Shown here: piece after piece, positions 16,231 through 25,651 of the stretch
Layout of the letters: every line of letters starts with the position of its first letter
Position numbering within the stretch: the first letter of the stretch is position 1
From: a virus
Lineage: Duplodnaviria; Caudoviricetes
Strand: one strand, 5' to 3'
Virus record (IMG/VR): IMGVR_UViG_3300013800_000007
Span: 5,124-69,123 of that record
DNA: 64,000 bases
The notes under the pieces: generated by a model
What the model saw: only the letters and a program-made list of their open reading frames with translations
What the model was told of the DNA's origin: nothing
Database searches by the model: none
Position numbers and translations under genes: made by a program

Positions 16231-16776
16231 ATGCGTATTGCCTACAGCTCGACGGATGCACTCGGCTTGGATTTCGAGCTGTCTGATCCGGCTCTCGTCA
16301 ATCTCGACGGCGCCAACGAGGACTTCTTTCAGGGTCTCGGCCGCGTTGCGGTCGGAACCCGCGTAAAGGGTCAGCTTGGCACGGAATTCGTCTACGTGAA
16401 GGCTGACGGCGCCATCACCGCCGATCACGTCTGCATCATCAAGGACGACTACGAGGCCTCGCACATCACGACGGCCCTCGCGGCTGCCTACGGTCGCCTG
16501 GTTGGCGTCGCTTGCGGCGCCATCGCCGACAACGACTTCGGCTGGCTCCAGGTCAAGGGCATCCAGAACATCCGCGTTTTGGCCTCCGCAGCTGCCGAAA
16601 CGCAGCTAGCGACCTCCGGCACGGCTGGCGCTCTAGACGACGCGACGACTTCGACGCTCGTCAAGATCGACGGCGTCGTACTCATCGACGTTGCTGGTGG
16701 CTCGAATGACTCTGGCTACTCGTACATCACGCAGAAGGCCATGCTGAACCACCCGTCGATCGGCGTCGCCTACTAA
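16231..16776 (+). CDS. capsid decoration/cement protein (putative)
   Basis: Follows the MCP with the same codon bias; beta-rich motifs YVYVKA...GVA...FGWLQ. Confidence 0.65.
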   Translation: MRIAYSSTDALGLDFELSDPALVNLDGANEDFFQGLGRVAVGTRVKGQLGTEFVYVKADGAITADHVCIIKDDYEASHITTALAAAYGRLVGVACGAIADNDFGWLQVKGIQNIRVLASAAAETQLATSGTAGALDDATTSTLVKIDGVVLIDVAGGSNDSGYSYITQKAMLNHPSIGVAY

Positions 16777-16793
16777 GGGACCTGACGACCAAA

Positions 16794-16817
16794 ACCCGGC
16801 GGCTTCGGCCGCCGGGT
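16794..16817 (+). terminator. intrinsic terminator/hairpin
   Basis: ACCCGGCGGC-TTCG-GCCGCCGGGT. Confidence 0.7.
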
Positions 16818-16845
16818 CCTTGCCACCGCCACGCAATGAGGGAAA

Positions 16846-17640
16846 ATGTTTACTCGCGATTTCGACCCGGAAACTGGTCAGACCCTGAACAGCAATCATC
16901 GCCGCAATCTCGTTGAATTTTTCACCGAGCCGATTTTGTCGGAGAACCGCAGCGAGGCAGCCGGACGGGCGATTTTCGTCGATGCTGAGATGGTCCGCAT
17001 CATCGTCCCCGGCGACGCGCGCTCAATCGTTACTCGCCGCGTAACGAACCAAGACAAGATCGAATACGAACGCGAATACCAGGCCTACAAGAAGGGCGAG
17101 CAGATCGCCTCTGAGGGTACGCCTCTCGAGCACTGGGGCATGATCTCCCGCGCAATCGCTCGCCAGCTCAAAATGGTGAACGTGTTCTCGGTCGAGCATC
17201 TGGCCAACCTCTCCGACGAACAGCTGAGCCACACCGGCGTTCTCGGCGCCCGCGTCCTCCGCAAGCAGGCCGCTGCCTTCCTCGAGCATGCCAAGACGGG
17301 AAAATTGTCTTCGCAGCTGGTCGCTGAAAACGAGCGCCTCACCAACCAGGTTGCCTCGATGCAAGCGCAGATGACGGCAATGAACGCCAAGTTCGAGGAG
17401 CTCCTCCAGCGCGCTGGTCAGAACCCTGTCGACCACGTTCCGATGTCGGCAAATCCTCTCCTCAACCCGATTCAGACGCTGGCACAGCCCAGCGCTGATC
17501 CGGCTCCAGGCGCGATTCCCTCCAACTGGGAGTCGTTCGATCGCGATGCGACGCTCGCTCTCGCCGAGCAGGTCACGGGCATCAAGTTCTCGAAACTTCC
17601 TGAGGCACGCGCCGCAATCCGCGAGAGCCTCGCAGCGTAA
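16846..17640 (+). CDS. hypothetical virion-module protein
   Basis: GAGG RBS; position in the head-tail region. Confidence 0.75.
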   Translation: MFTRDFDPETGQTLNSNHRRNLVEFFTEPILSENRSEAAGRAIFVDAEMVRIIVPGDARSIVTRRVTNQDKIEYEREYQAYKKGEQIASEGTPLEHWGMISRAIARQLKMVNVFSVEHLANLSDEQLSHTGVLGARVLRKQAAAFLEHAKTGKLSSQLVAENERLTNQVASMQAQMTAMNAKFEELLQRAGQNPVDHVPMSANPLLNPIQTLAQPSADPAPGAIPSNWESFDRDATLALAEQVTGIKFSKLPEARAAIRESLAA

Positions 17641-17650
17641 CTGAGGCAGC

Positions 17651-17962
17651 ATGGCAAACCTTTACATTTCGTTCTGCGACGTCGGCCACCCACTCACCCA
17701 CGGGTACGGTCAACAGGCTGCGGTCGTTGATGGGCCATCAGTGGTGAGTCAGGTGCTCACCACATCGACCTCAAATGCGCAGTCTAGCGCGGCTACTAAG
17801 CCGTTCGCATATCTCGTCGCCGACGCGGCGAGTTACGTCGTCGTTGGGTCCAACCCCAACGCCGCCACCGAAACCACCAAGCGTGTGTTTCTGCCGGCCA
17901 ACGTCCCGACCATCATCGCGGTCGAGATCGGCAACAAGGTTGCCGGCGTAACAATCGCCTAA
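17651..17962 (+). CDS. hypothetical virion-module protein
   Basis: GAGG RBS; beta-rich. Confidence 0.7.
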   Translation: MANLYISFCDVGHPLTHGYGQQAAVVDGPSVVSQVLTTSTSNAQSSAATKPFAYLVADAASYVVVGSNPNAATETTKRVFLPANVPTIIAVEIGNKVAGVTIA

Positions 17963-17976
17963 CATTCGGAGGAGCC

Positions 17977-18717
17977 GTGGCTCTCTCTGTTCTGACGATC
18001 GTGCAGCGCGCACTTTCCGGTCCCGGAATGAAGGCGCCGACCTCGCTCACCTCGCCCAACGACGATCTTGCGCCGCAGGCAATCTCCCTGCTGTACGAGA
18101 CCGCGGAGGACATGATTTCGCGTTTCGATTGGCAGGAGCTCAAAGCTGAGGGCTCCCTCACAACGACAGGCGTGGAATCTCAGGGGTCGCTTGCCACACT
18201 GTATCCGGATCTTGATCACATCATTCCGGGCACGGTTTGGAACGCGACCACGAACACCAAACTAAATGGCGTCTCGACGTCCCAGGAGTGGCAGCGCCTC
18301 AAGCGACAGCTTGGGACGACGGCGTCACTCAATGGGCCGTGGCGCGTCCTCGGCAATGCCTTCTATCTGCTTGGCAACTCCACCGCGGATCAGAGCATCA
18401 CCTTTGAGTACGTCACAAAGAAGTGGCTCACCTCGGCCGACGGCGCGACGCTCAAGAGTGAAATTACTGTCAACACCGACCTGTGTCGCCTGCCTGAGCG
18501 TGTCGTCATCGCTGGTCTGCGCTGGCGCTGGCAGGAGGCGAAGGGCCTCGACTACTCAGAAGCGTTTCGCGTCTACGAGCGCTTCATGGAGGCGGCGGCC
18601 GGCGACAGCATCGGCACCGACGTCATCTCCCTCACTCCGCGCCGCCGCAAGGGCGACATGGTCGACGTCAACGTCACCGTGGATGGCGAGGATTACTGGG
18701 AGGGCATCGACTGGTGA
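17977..18717 (+). CDS. head-tail adaptor / tail tubular protein A-like
   Basis: GGAG RBS; helical N-terminus, WQELK, WRWQEAKGLDYSE motif; synteny. Confidence 0.7.
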   Translation: MALSVLTIVQRALSGPGMKAPTSLTSPNDDLAPQAISLLYETAEDMISRFDWQELKAEGSLTTTGVESQGSLATLYPDLDHIIPGTVWNATTNTKLNGVSTSQEWQRLKRQLGTTASLNGPWRVLGNAFYLLGNSTADQSITFEYVTKKWLTSADGATLKSEITVNTDLCRLPERVVIAGLRWRWQEAKGLDYSEAFRVYERFMEAAAGDSIGTDVISLTPRRRKGDMVDVNVTVDGEDYWEGIDW

Positions 18718-21065
18718 CGACGGACGTCCTATCCCCAGAATACAAGGTCACGTCGCTGCCACCGACTCCGGTGGCAAACGCCCGGTATTACGTGGCGGAT
18801 GGCACCTCGTATTTCCGCTTGTACGTCGCCAACTCGGCCGGCACCGGCTACCGGGAGATCCTCGGTACGCCTGGCGAGCAGGGTGTGCCTGGACCAGAAG
18901 GTCCGCGCGGGCCGACAGGATTGTCGACGTACGAATTGGCCGTGGTCAACGGCTTCGTCGGCACTGAGGCCGAGTGGTTGGCGTCTCTCGTTGGCCCGAC
19001 CGGCGCAACAGGCGCAACCGGTGCAACAGGCGCCACGGGAGCGACCGGCGCGACCGGCCCGCAGGGTCCGCAAGGTGAGACGGGTCCGCAGGGTCCCGAA
19101 GGCGATGGCGACAACAACGCGAGCCTGACGAGCCTTTCGGCGCTTGGAACCGCGGCTGATCGAGTTGCATACACGACTGGCGTCGACACCTGGGCCGAGA
19201 CGCCGCTCACGTCCTTCGCTCGCACGCTCCTCGATGACGCAGATGCCGGCACGGCGCGGTCGACGCTGGGCCTTGGCACGATGGCCACCGAGACGGCCTC
19301 CAACTATTTGACGACGGCTGCGGCAAGCGCTGGGTATCAGCCGCTGGACAGCGATCTCACGGCGATTGCTGCGCTGACGACAACCAGTTTTGGCCGCGCG
19401 CTTCTCGAGCTTGCCGATGCCTCCGCCGGCCGAACCGCTCTTGGTCTCGGCACAATGGCGACCGAGACGGCGTCAAACTATCTAACGACGGCAGCCGCGA
19501 GCGCTGGTTACCAGCCGCTCGATTCAGACCTGACATCGATCGCTGCATTGACGACAACGTCGTTTGGCCGAGCGCTCCTCGAGTTGGCCGACGCAGCCGC
19601 TGGGCGCACTGCTCTCGGCCTTGGCACAATGGCAACCGAGACAGCGTCGAACTATCTTACGACCGCCGCCGCGTCCTCCGGGTATCAGCCTCTCGACTCA
19701 GATCTCACATCGATCGCTGCGCTCTCAACGACCACGTTCGGCCGCAGCTTACTCACGCAAGCAGACGCCACGGCCGCAAGATCGACTCTCGGTCTGGTCA
19801 TTGGCACTAACGTGCAGGCGTATGACGCCGAACTCGCAGCCATCGCTGGCTTAACGAGCGCGGCTGATCGCGTGCCGTACTTCACCGGTAGCGGCACCGC
19901 AGCGCTGGCCACCTTCACGACCTTTGGTAGATCGCTTGCTGACGACACTGACGCCGCGACGGCGCGCGGCACGATTGGTTTGGCCACATCCACCACGGCC
20001 GGTCGCCTCGCACGTTTTACAGGCACGGCTGGCGAGCAGGGGCAAACGTCAGGGCTGTTTGAGGACGGCAGCGGAAATGTCGGCGTTGGCACCACTGCAC
20101 CAAACACAAAGTTCGAAGTGCAGGGCACCACGCCGACGCTTCGCGTCGCGGATGTGTCGGGGGCCAACCAAAACGTCTTCGATATTCAGGCGCTCGCCGC
20201 CGAAGTGCGCTTACTCGGAACCGGTTACGTTAGCGCCGCAAATCCGATAACGATTTACACCAACAACACCGAGCGCATGCGAATTGATTCAAGCGGCAAC
20301 GTCGGCATCGGGACAGTATCCCCAGTGTCAAAATTTGAAGTTGTCACCGAAGCCCCCGGCACTCCATTCTACCTAACTAAATACGACAGCGCGACACTTA
20401 CTAACGGCATGGTCGGCCGTGCAGCAAGAGGAACGGCCAGTTCACCCACTGCGACCCAAGCTGGTGACCGTGGAATGTTTCTGATCGCCGCGTCTTATGG
20501 CGGTTCGACATGGGTTAATCACGCTGCAATAAATTTGTACTCGGCTGAAACGCAATCAGAAAGCGCGCGCGGTTCGTATCTCACATTCGAAACCACTGCC
20601 CTCGGCGCAACGTCCCGCAGCGAAAGACTGCGGGTGTTCCCGAACGGTAACGTCAGCATCGGCACAACGGTCGACCTCAACCCCCTGGCGGTTAACCAAT
20701 CAGGCAACACGACCCCGGCGACCGTTGGCAGTTACGGTTTTGCGCTGGCTATATCCGGTGGCCAAGCCATGACGTTCGGCGTCGACGGGACTTACACTTA
20801 CCAACAAAGCTGGGCCGGAAAGCCGATCTACCTCAACAGCCTCGGTAACAACGTGCTGGTCGGCCCCGGCAATGTCGGAATCGGCACGACGTCGCCTTCG
20901 GCAGTGCTCGACATAAACTCCAACACATTTCGCCTGCGCTCGACACGTACCCCTGCGAGCGCGGCTGCTGCCGGGAACGCAGGCGATTGGTGCTACGACA
21001 CCAGCTATCTTTACATCTGCACCGCGACGAATACGTGGCGGCGCATCGCACACGCAACCTGGTAA
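18714..21065 (+). CDS. tail fibre protein with collagen-like segment and internal repeats
   Basis: G-X-Y run, three 58-aa repeats, recurrent GNVGIGT motifs, ends WRRIAHATW. Confidence 0.85.
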   Translation: MTTDVLSPEYKVTSLPPTPVANARYYVADGTSYFRLYVANSAGTGYREILGTPGEQGVPGPEGPRGPTGLSTYELAVVNGFVGTEAEWLASLVGPTGATGATGATGATGATGATGPQGPQGETGPQGPEGDGDNNASLTSLSALGTAADRVAYTTGVDTWAETPLTSFARTLLDDADAGTARSTLGLGTMATETASNYLTTAAASAGYQPLDSDLTAIAALTTTSFGRALLELADASAGRTALGLGTMATETASNYLTTAAASAGYQPLDSDLTSIAALTTTSFGRALLELADAAAGRTALGLGTMATETASNYLTTAAASSGYQPLDSDLTSIAALSTTTFGRSLLTQADATAARSTLGLVIGTNVQAYDAELAAIAGLTSAADRVPYFTGSGTAALATFTTFGRSLADDTDAATARGTIGLATSTTAGRLARFTGTAGEQGQTSGLFEDGSGNVGVGTTAPNTKFEVQGTTPTLRVADVSGANQNVFDIQALAAEVRLLGTGYVSAANPITIYTNNTERMRIDSSGNVGIGTVSPVSKFEVVTEAPGTPFYLTKYDSATLTNGMVGRAARGTASSPTATQAGDRGMFLIAASYGGSTWVNHAAINLYSAETQSESARGSYLTFETTALGATSRSERLRVFPNGNVSIGTTVDLNPLAVNQSGNTTPATVGSYGFALAISGGQAMTFGVDGTYTYQQSWAGKPIYLNSLGNNVLVGPGNVGIGTTSPSAVLDINSNTFRLRSTRTPASAAAAGNAGDWCYDTSYLYICTATNTWRRIAHATW
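18995..19105 (+). repeat. collagen-like Gly-X-Y repeat
   Basis: GPTGATGATGATGATGATGATGPQGPQGETGPQGPEG. Confidence 0.9.
19266..19787 (+). repeat. three tandem 174-bp (58-aa) coding repeats
   Basis: LGLGTMATETASNYLTTAAAS.GYQPLDSDLT.IAAL.TT.FGR... starting at 19266, 19440 and 19614. Confidence 0.9.
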
Positions 21066-21071
21066 GGCGTC

Positions 21072-21626
21072 ATGGAACTCGTTAAATCGGTCGTACATTT
21101 TGAATTGGACCAAAGCGGCAATGTCGTTGCTGGAAACATCGCGCGCACATACTCGGTGACTGATGCCAGCGGAACGTATCAGCGATCTGTGATGGATGTA
21201 CTGTCGGCGTCTGACCTTGCGTCTCTCTTGCCGGATCAGGGCAGCTTGATTCTGCAATTGCAGACGGCGAACACAGAGAAGGCCGAAGCCGTTTCAAAAA
21301 TGAATGAAATGGAGGCGGCGCGCGATGCCGCTATTCGCGAGCGAGATGAGGTCATCGAGAGGCACAAGCCAAAAGAAGTTGGCGGCTTTACGGTTCTCTC
21401 GCCGGTGCAGATGAGGCGAGGACTCCGGTCTCTTGGCGTGCTTCCGGAACATGTTCAAGCCGCCATCGATCAAATCCCGGACGAAGCCGCTCGAGCAGAC
21501 GCTCACGATCAATGGGAATACGCTCTCGGCTTTGAGCGAAGCAATCCTCTCATAGCGACCCTTGGCATGGCCCTGGGTCTCAAGGACGAAGACATCGACG
21601 CCGCCTGGCGCGCCGCATCTCAGTAA
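21072..21626 (+). CDS. tail-fibre-associated protein (putative chaperone)
   Basis: Directly after the fibre; C-terminal WEYA..FER..PLI..LG.ALGL...ID..W motif. Confidence 0.6.
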   Translation: MELVKSVVHFELDQSGNVVAGNIARTYSVTDASGTYQRSVMDVLSASDLASLLPDQGSLILQLQTANTEKAEAVSKMNEMEAARDAAIRERDEVIERHKPKEVGGFTVLSPVQMRRGLRSLGVLPEHVQAAIDQIPDEAARADAHDQWEYALGFERSNPLIATLGMALGLKDEDIDAAWRAASQ

Positions 21627-21653
21627 ACACCAACCTGCACAAGAAGGTTCGCA

Positions 21654-21977
21654 ATGGATCCCCAAATGCTTGCCGCAGCCCTCAAGGGCGGATCACCAAC
21701 ACCCGGGCCTGTGGCGGGCCCGGGCATGCCGCCGCCAGGGCCGGGAGCACCCCCTCCGCCCGGTCCTGGTGGTGGCCCCCCGATGCCTCCTGGACCTATG
21801 GGCGGCCCAGCTGGAGCCCCGCAGCTCATGCCGGCTGAGCAGGGCCGAATGATCCTCCAGCAGCTTGGCATCGACATCACCGGCGCTCCGGTGATCATGG
21901 CCGCCATGGCCGCCGTGATCCAGGAGATGCTGCAGTCTGCTCCGGCCAATCCAGGCCCGCCCCCGGGCGCCGTTTGA
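21654..21977 (+). CDS. Pro/Gly-rich hypothetical protein
   Basis: AGAAGG RBS; low complexity. Confidence 0.65.
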   Translation: MDPQMLAAALKGGSPTPGPVAGPGMPPPGPGAPPPPGPGGGPPMPPGPMGGPAGAPQLMPAEQGRMILQQLGIDITGAPVIMAAMAAVIQEMLQSAPANPGPPPGAV

Positions 21978-21985
21978 GGTGAAAC

Positions 21986-23548
21986 GTGGTCTCTCTCAGG
22001 CCTCATAAGCATCGCGCTCGAGTTGAGCCGTTTCGCGCTAAGCGCGGCCGTCGCATCTCGCAGACGAAGACCGTCCCAGCGCCGATCGGCGGCTGGAATG
22101 CGCGCGACGGAATTGGTCTGATGCCGCCGCAGGACGCCACCTCGCTCATCGACTGGTGGCCGATAGAGCGCAATGTAATTGCGCGCAAGGGCTACGAACT
22201 TCACTGCAACATCGGCGTGGCCGCTCCCGTCCGCACCGTCGTGCCGTACGAAACGCCAACATCGAGCAAGGTGCTCGCAACCTGTGACGGCAAGATCTAT
22301 GACGTGACAACCTCCACCGCGGTGGAGCTGAAAGACTCTCTTGCAAGCGAAGACTTCTCGACTCTCCTCATGGGCGGCCGCCTCATCTTCGTGAATGGCG
22401 CAGATGATCCGTTCTACTATAACGGATCCGCCACCGCATCCGCAGGATTATCCGGCACCGGCCTCACAGTTTCGAAGCTTATTCACGGCATCGCATTCAA
22501 GTCTCGCATGTATTTTGTCGAGGATGACTCGCAAAACTTTTGGTACGGAGGAGTCAGCGCTGTAACCGGAGCGCTCGAGAAGTTCGATCTATCTCTTGTC
22601 GGCTCATTCAAGGGCAAGCTTCTCGCCCTGACGTCAATTGTCAACGATGGCGGCGACGGTAAGGACGACCTTTTCGTTTGCATTTTCTCAGAGGGCGACG
22701 TCGTCGTTTATCAGGGGAGCGACCCCGGCGGAGTTGATTGGAACCACGTCGGCACCTACGCGATCGGCGCCCCGGTGTCACGTCACGCCATCCACCGCAA
22801 CGGCAACGAAATCGTCATCATCACCGATCGCGGTTACGAGCTTCTCCAGCGCTCACTCGTCAAGGGTCAGGCTATCCAGTCGAAGGATTTGTTGTCAGAC
22901 AAGATCAAGGGCGCAGTTGACGCACGCATAACGCAGACGCCACGCAGCGATGATTGGCGCATTATGCAGTACAACCAAGCCAAGATGATGCTTGTGCAGG
23001 CGCCGATCAACGCGACGAAGGCTGATTATCACGTCCGCAACATCAACACCGGCGCATGGACACGGTTCAGGCTGCCTAAGGCGCTATCGTGGTGCGTCAA
23101 TGGTGGCGACGCCTACATGGGCAGCCGAGATGGCAAGGTTCATCGATTCTGGGTCGGCGGCACTGACGACGGCCAGGCCATTGCCCTTGAAGGCGAGACC
23201 GCGTGGAACTATCTAGGTGACACGGGCGGCAACAAATCGCTGAACATGTTGAAGTTCAACATGTCGAGCGTGTTCTACCCAATCATTTACGTCACCGTAA
23301 ATGTCGATTTCAAAAAATCGACCAGGTCGACGTACATTGAGCAGCCCACCCAATCCACCCCAGCCTACTGGGATGACGCCACTTGGAACGCTGCATACTG
23401 GTCGTACAACGACCGCACACGCGATCTGTGGCACGACCACGTCGCCGATGGCACTTGCTTTAGCGTGAAAGTCCGGACCCTGAACGCCACGTATGGTCTG
23501 GCCTGGAACTCCATCATGTATGTCTACGAAAAAGGGGGACTACTGTGA
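21986..23548 (+). CDS. packaged-DNA stabilisation / tail tubular protein B-like
   Basis: 520 aa with APIGGWNARD start and beta-propeller-like sequence; synteny before GNAT and ejection genes. Confidence 0.8.
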   Translation: MVSLRPHKHRARVEPFRAKRGRRISQTKTVPAPIGGWNARDGIGLMPPQDATSLIDWWPIERNVIARKGYELHCNIGVAAPVRTVVPYETPTSSKVLATCDGKIYDVTTSTAVELKDSLASEDFSTLLMGGRLIFVNGADDPFYYNGSATASAGLSGTGLTVSKLIHGIAFKSRMYFVEDDSQNFWYGGVSAVTGALEKFDLSLVGSFKGKLLALTSIVNDGGDGKDDLFVCIFSEGDVVVYQGSDPGGVDWNHVGTYAIGAPVSRHAIHRNGNEIVIITDRGYELLQRSLVKGQAIQSKDLLSDKIKGAVDARITQTPRSDDWRIMQYNQAKMMLVQAPINATKADYHVRNINTGAWTRFRLPKALSWCVNGGDAYMGSRDGKVHRFWVGGTDDGQAIALEGETAWNYLGDTGGNKSLNMLKFNMSSVFYPIIYVTVNVDFKKSTRSTYIEQPTQSTPAYWDDATWNAAYWSYNDRTRDLWHDHVADGTCFSVKVRTLNATYGLAWNSIMYVYEKGGLL

Positions 23549-23982
23549 CACGCCACGTCATAGCTGACCCAGCCGTCGCGCGCTGGGTAGCAAAGCATGC
23601 AAATCTCGAGGGGATAAAGACCGCTGACGACTTTGGACCGCACGTTGCATTTGGCGTGTCCATTGACAGAAAACCAGTCGCAGGGATTGTCTACCACATG
23701 TTCCGGCGCCTGAGCCGCGGGAACACGGTGATGGTCTCGATCTGCGCAACAGATCCGCGCTGGTGCTCAAAAACCGTCCTCCGCAAGCTGTTTATGTATC
23801 CATTCGCAGAGCTTGGATGCACATCGATGACGGCAATGATCGCTGAGGGAAACTCGCGATCTATACGCCTCTGTAAGGGACTCGGCTTCACGAAAGTCGG
23901 AGTCCTAAAGCGCCAATGGGACGGAAAAACCAACGCGCTGCTTTTTGAAATGATCCCCGAACAATGTAAGTGGATAAAATAA
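23545..23982 (+). CDS. GNAT-family acetyltransferase (phage tail module)
   Basis: N..SIRLCKGLGFTKVG motif. Confidence 0.8.
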   Translation: MTRHVIADPAVARWVAKHANLEGIKTADDFGPHVAFGVSIDRKPVAGIVYHMFRRLSRGNTVMVSICATDPRWCSKTVLRKLFMYPFAELGCTSMTAMIAEGNSRSIRLCKGLGFTKVGVLKRQWDGKTNALLFEMIPEQCKWIK

Positions 23983-23983
23983 G

Positions 23984-25036
23984 ATGGGTAAGAGCGCCGC
24001 TGCGGCACCAACTCCTCCGGATCCCGCCAAGACGATCGCGGCGCAATCGGCCGCAAACAAAGAAGCCATTGTGGAATCGGCGAAGGTGAACTCCGTCGAC
24101 ATCACTGGCCCATTTGGCAAGACATATTATCGCCGCAACGCTGACGGCACGCCGGCCGAGCAGATCACGGAATTGGATCCGCGATCCAAGCAGATCTATG
24201 ACACTGGCCTTGGTATTTCTGGCGAGCTTGCCAACACGGCGGCTAACCGAATTCAGGGCATCCCGCAAGACAAGTTCTCGCTCGCCGGGATGCCGTACGA
24301 TCCGCGAAATGTCGACAGCTCCACGATGCCAGCTTTCTCTGCTGGCGGGGTCACTCAGTACGATCCTCAATCGTACGGCGACATGAACACCTTCTCCAGC
24401 ACGGTTGGCGACTCCATTTACAACGAGGGAGCCAAGCGCCTCGAGGACAAGTTCACGAAGGATCGTCGCACGCTCGAGCAGACGCTCGCAAATCGCGGCC
24501 TACCAATGACCGGCGAAGCGTATCGCACCGCCATGGAAGATCAAGCTCGCTCTGAGAATGACGCCTACAGCTCTCTCTCCAATCAGGCGATTCAATCTTC
24601 GCTTGCCCATACGCAGGGCATCGTTGGTCTCGAACAGGGGCTCCGCGGCACGGCATGGAATGAGAACCTGCAAGGTCACCAGCAGGGTCAGGCCGACTAT
24701 CTGCAAAAGTTGCAGGTCGAGGCGAATCTGCGCGGCCAATCAGTCAACGACATGCTGATGGAGCGCAATCAAGACATCAATGAAACGTCGATGCTTCTCG
24801 GCGCTGGCCCGCAGATGGGCATGCCTGGAGCTCCAAACGTTCCGACGTATCAAGTTGCCGCGCCGAATGTGCAGGGCGCCTACGACAACAACTTCAATCA
24901 GCAGATGGCGTCTTACAACGCTGGAAGGCAACAGAATGCCGGCATGTGGAGCGGCATCTCGTCGATCGGAAGCGCCGCCATGCCATTCCTGTTCGGGTCG
25001 CATCCGGGCTTCAAAGAGGTGATCGGTGACGCATAA
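23984..25036 (+). CDS. internal virion / DNA ejection protein
   Basis: MGKSAAAAPTPPDP start; Q/N/A/G-rich; ends in the first residues of an S74-like domain. Confidence 0.75.
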   Translation: MGKSAAAAPTPPDPAKTIAAQSAANKEAIVESAKVNSVDITGPFGKTYYRRNADGTPAEQITELDPRSKQIYDTGLGISGELANTAANRIQGIPQDKFSLAGMPYDPRNVDSSTMPAFSAGGVTQYDPQSYGDMNTFSSTVGDSIYNEGAKRLEDKFTKDRRTLEQTLANRGLPMTGEAYRTAMEDQARSENDAYSSLSNQAIQSSLAHTQGIVGLEQGLRGTAWNENLQGHQQGQADYLQKLQVEANLRGQSVNDMLMERNQDINETSMLLGAGPQMGMPGAPNVPTYQVAAPNVQGAYDNNFNQQMASYNAGRQQNAGMWSGISSIGSAAMPFLFGSHPGFKEVIGDA

Positions 25037-25391
25037 GTGGCTCGATCGCGTATGCCGTCTTAGCATCAAGGAGTGGCGCTACAATAAGGGTGTCGACCCA
25101 GCGCAGCGCCTTCACATTGGACCAATGGCCGACGAGTGGCAGCGCATCATGGGGATCGGCGACGGCGTCACAATCGACGGCGTTGACGCTGTCGGGATCC
25201 TCCTAAAATCGATGCAAGAGCTCAGGGCCGAGGTATCTAGCCTAAAATCTCAAATCGCCGAACTACAGGATCAACTCAATGAACCAGTTCATGCCGCCCG
25301 CACCAATGAACGCGATGCAACCGCAAGCGCCATCGCCGACGCCTTCGCCCGCGACGCCGGGTGCGCAACCGGGTCAGTCGCTTCCGCCTGA
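25026..25391 (+). CDS. peptidase S74 (intramolecular chaperone)-like domain, in the +1 frame of the preceding gene
   Basis: WRY...HIGPMADEW...IDGVDAVGILLKSMQEL plus coiled coil. Confidence 0.7.
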   Translation: MTHKWLDRVCRLSIKEWRYNKGVDPAQRLHIGPMADEWQRIMGIGDGVTIDGVDAVGILLKSMQELRAEVSSLKSQIAELQDQLNEPVHAARTNERDATASAIADAFARDAGCATGSVASA

Positions 25392-25644
25392 GCTTCTCGC
25401 GGCCATCCTAAAAGGTGGCGGCCAAATGATGATGCAGTCGCCGGCCGATGCCGCGGCTGGCACGCCGACGCTTGGGTCCGGCGGACAGTCTGGCATGGAA
25501 GCGCTGGGCCAGATCGCCCAGGGCGCTGGTGCTGCACACAAGAAAGCAAATCCAACGCTTTACAATGCTGACGGCGGCTTCAACTGGGCTCAGGCGCTCA
25601 AGGATCATCAGGGCTGGGGCGCAACCGTAACGCCCGGTCAGTGA
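25279..25644 (+). CDS. Pro-rich hypothetical virion protein
   Basis: AGGA RBS; similar composition to neighbours. Confidence 0.55.
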   Translation: MNQFMPPAPMNAMQPQAPSPTPSPATPGAQPGQSLPPELLAAILKGGGQMMMQSPADAAAGTPTLGSGGQSGMEALGQIAQGAGAAHKKANPTLYNADGGFNWAQALKDHQGWGATVTPGQ

Positions 25645-25651
25645 GGTAGAC

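Noticed and set aside
15130-16464. 444-aa antisense ORF over the capsid genes
   Set aside because: Shadow of strongly biased GC-rich codons on the sense strand; no RBS or motifs.
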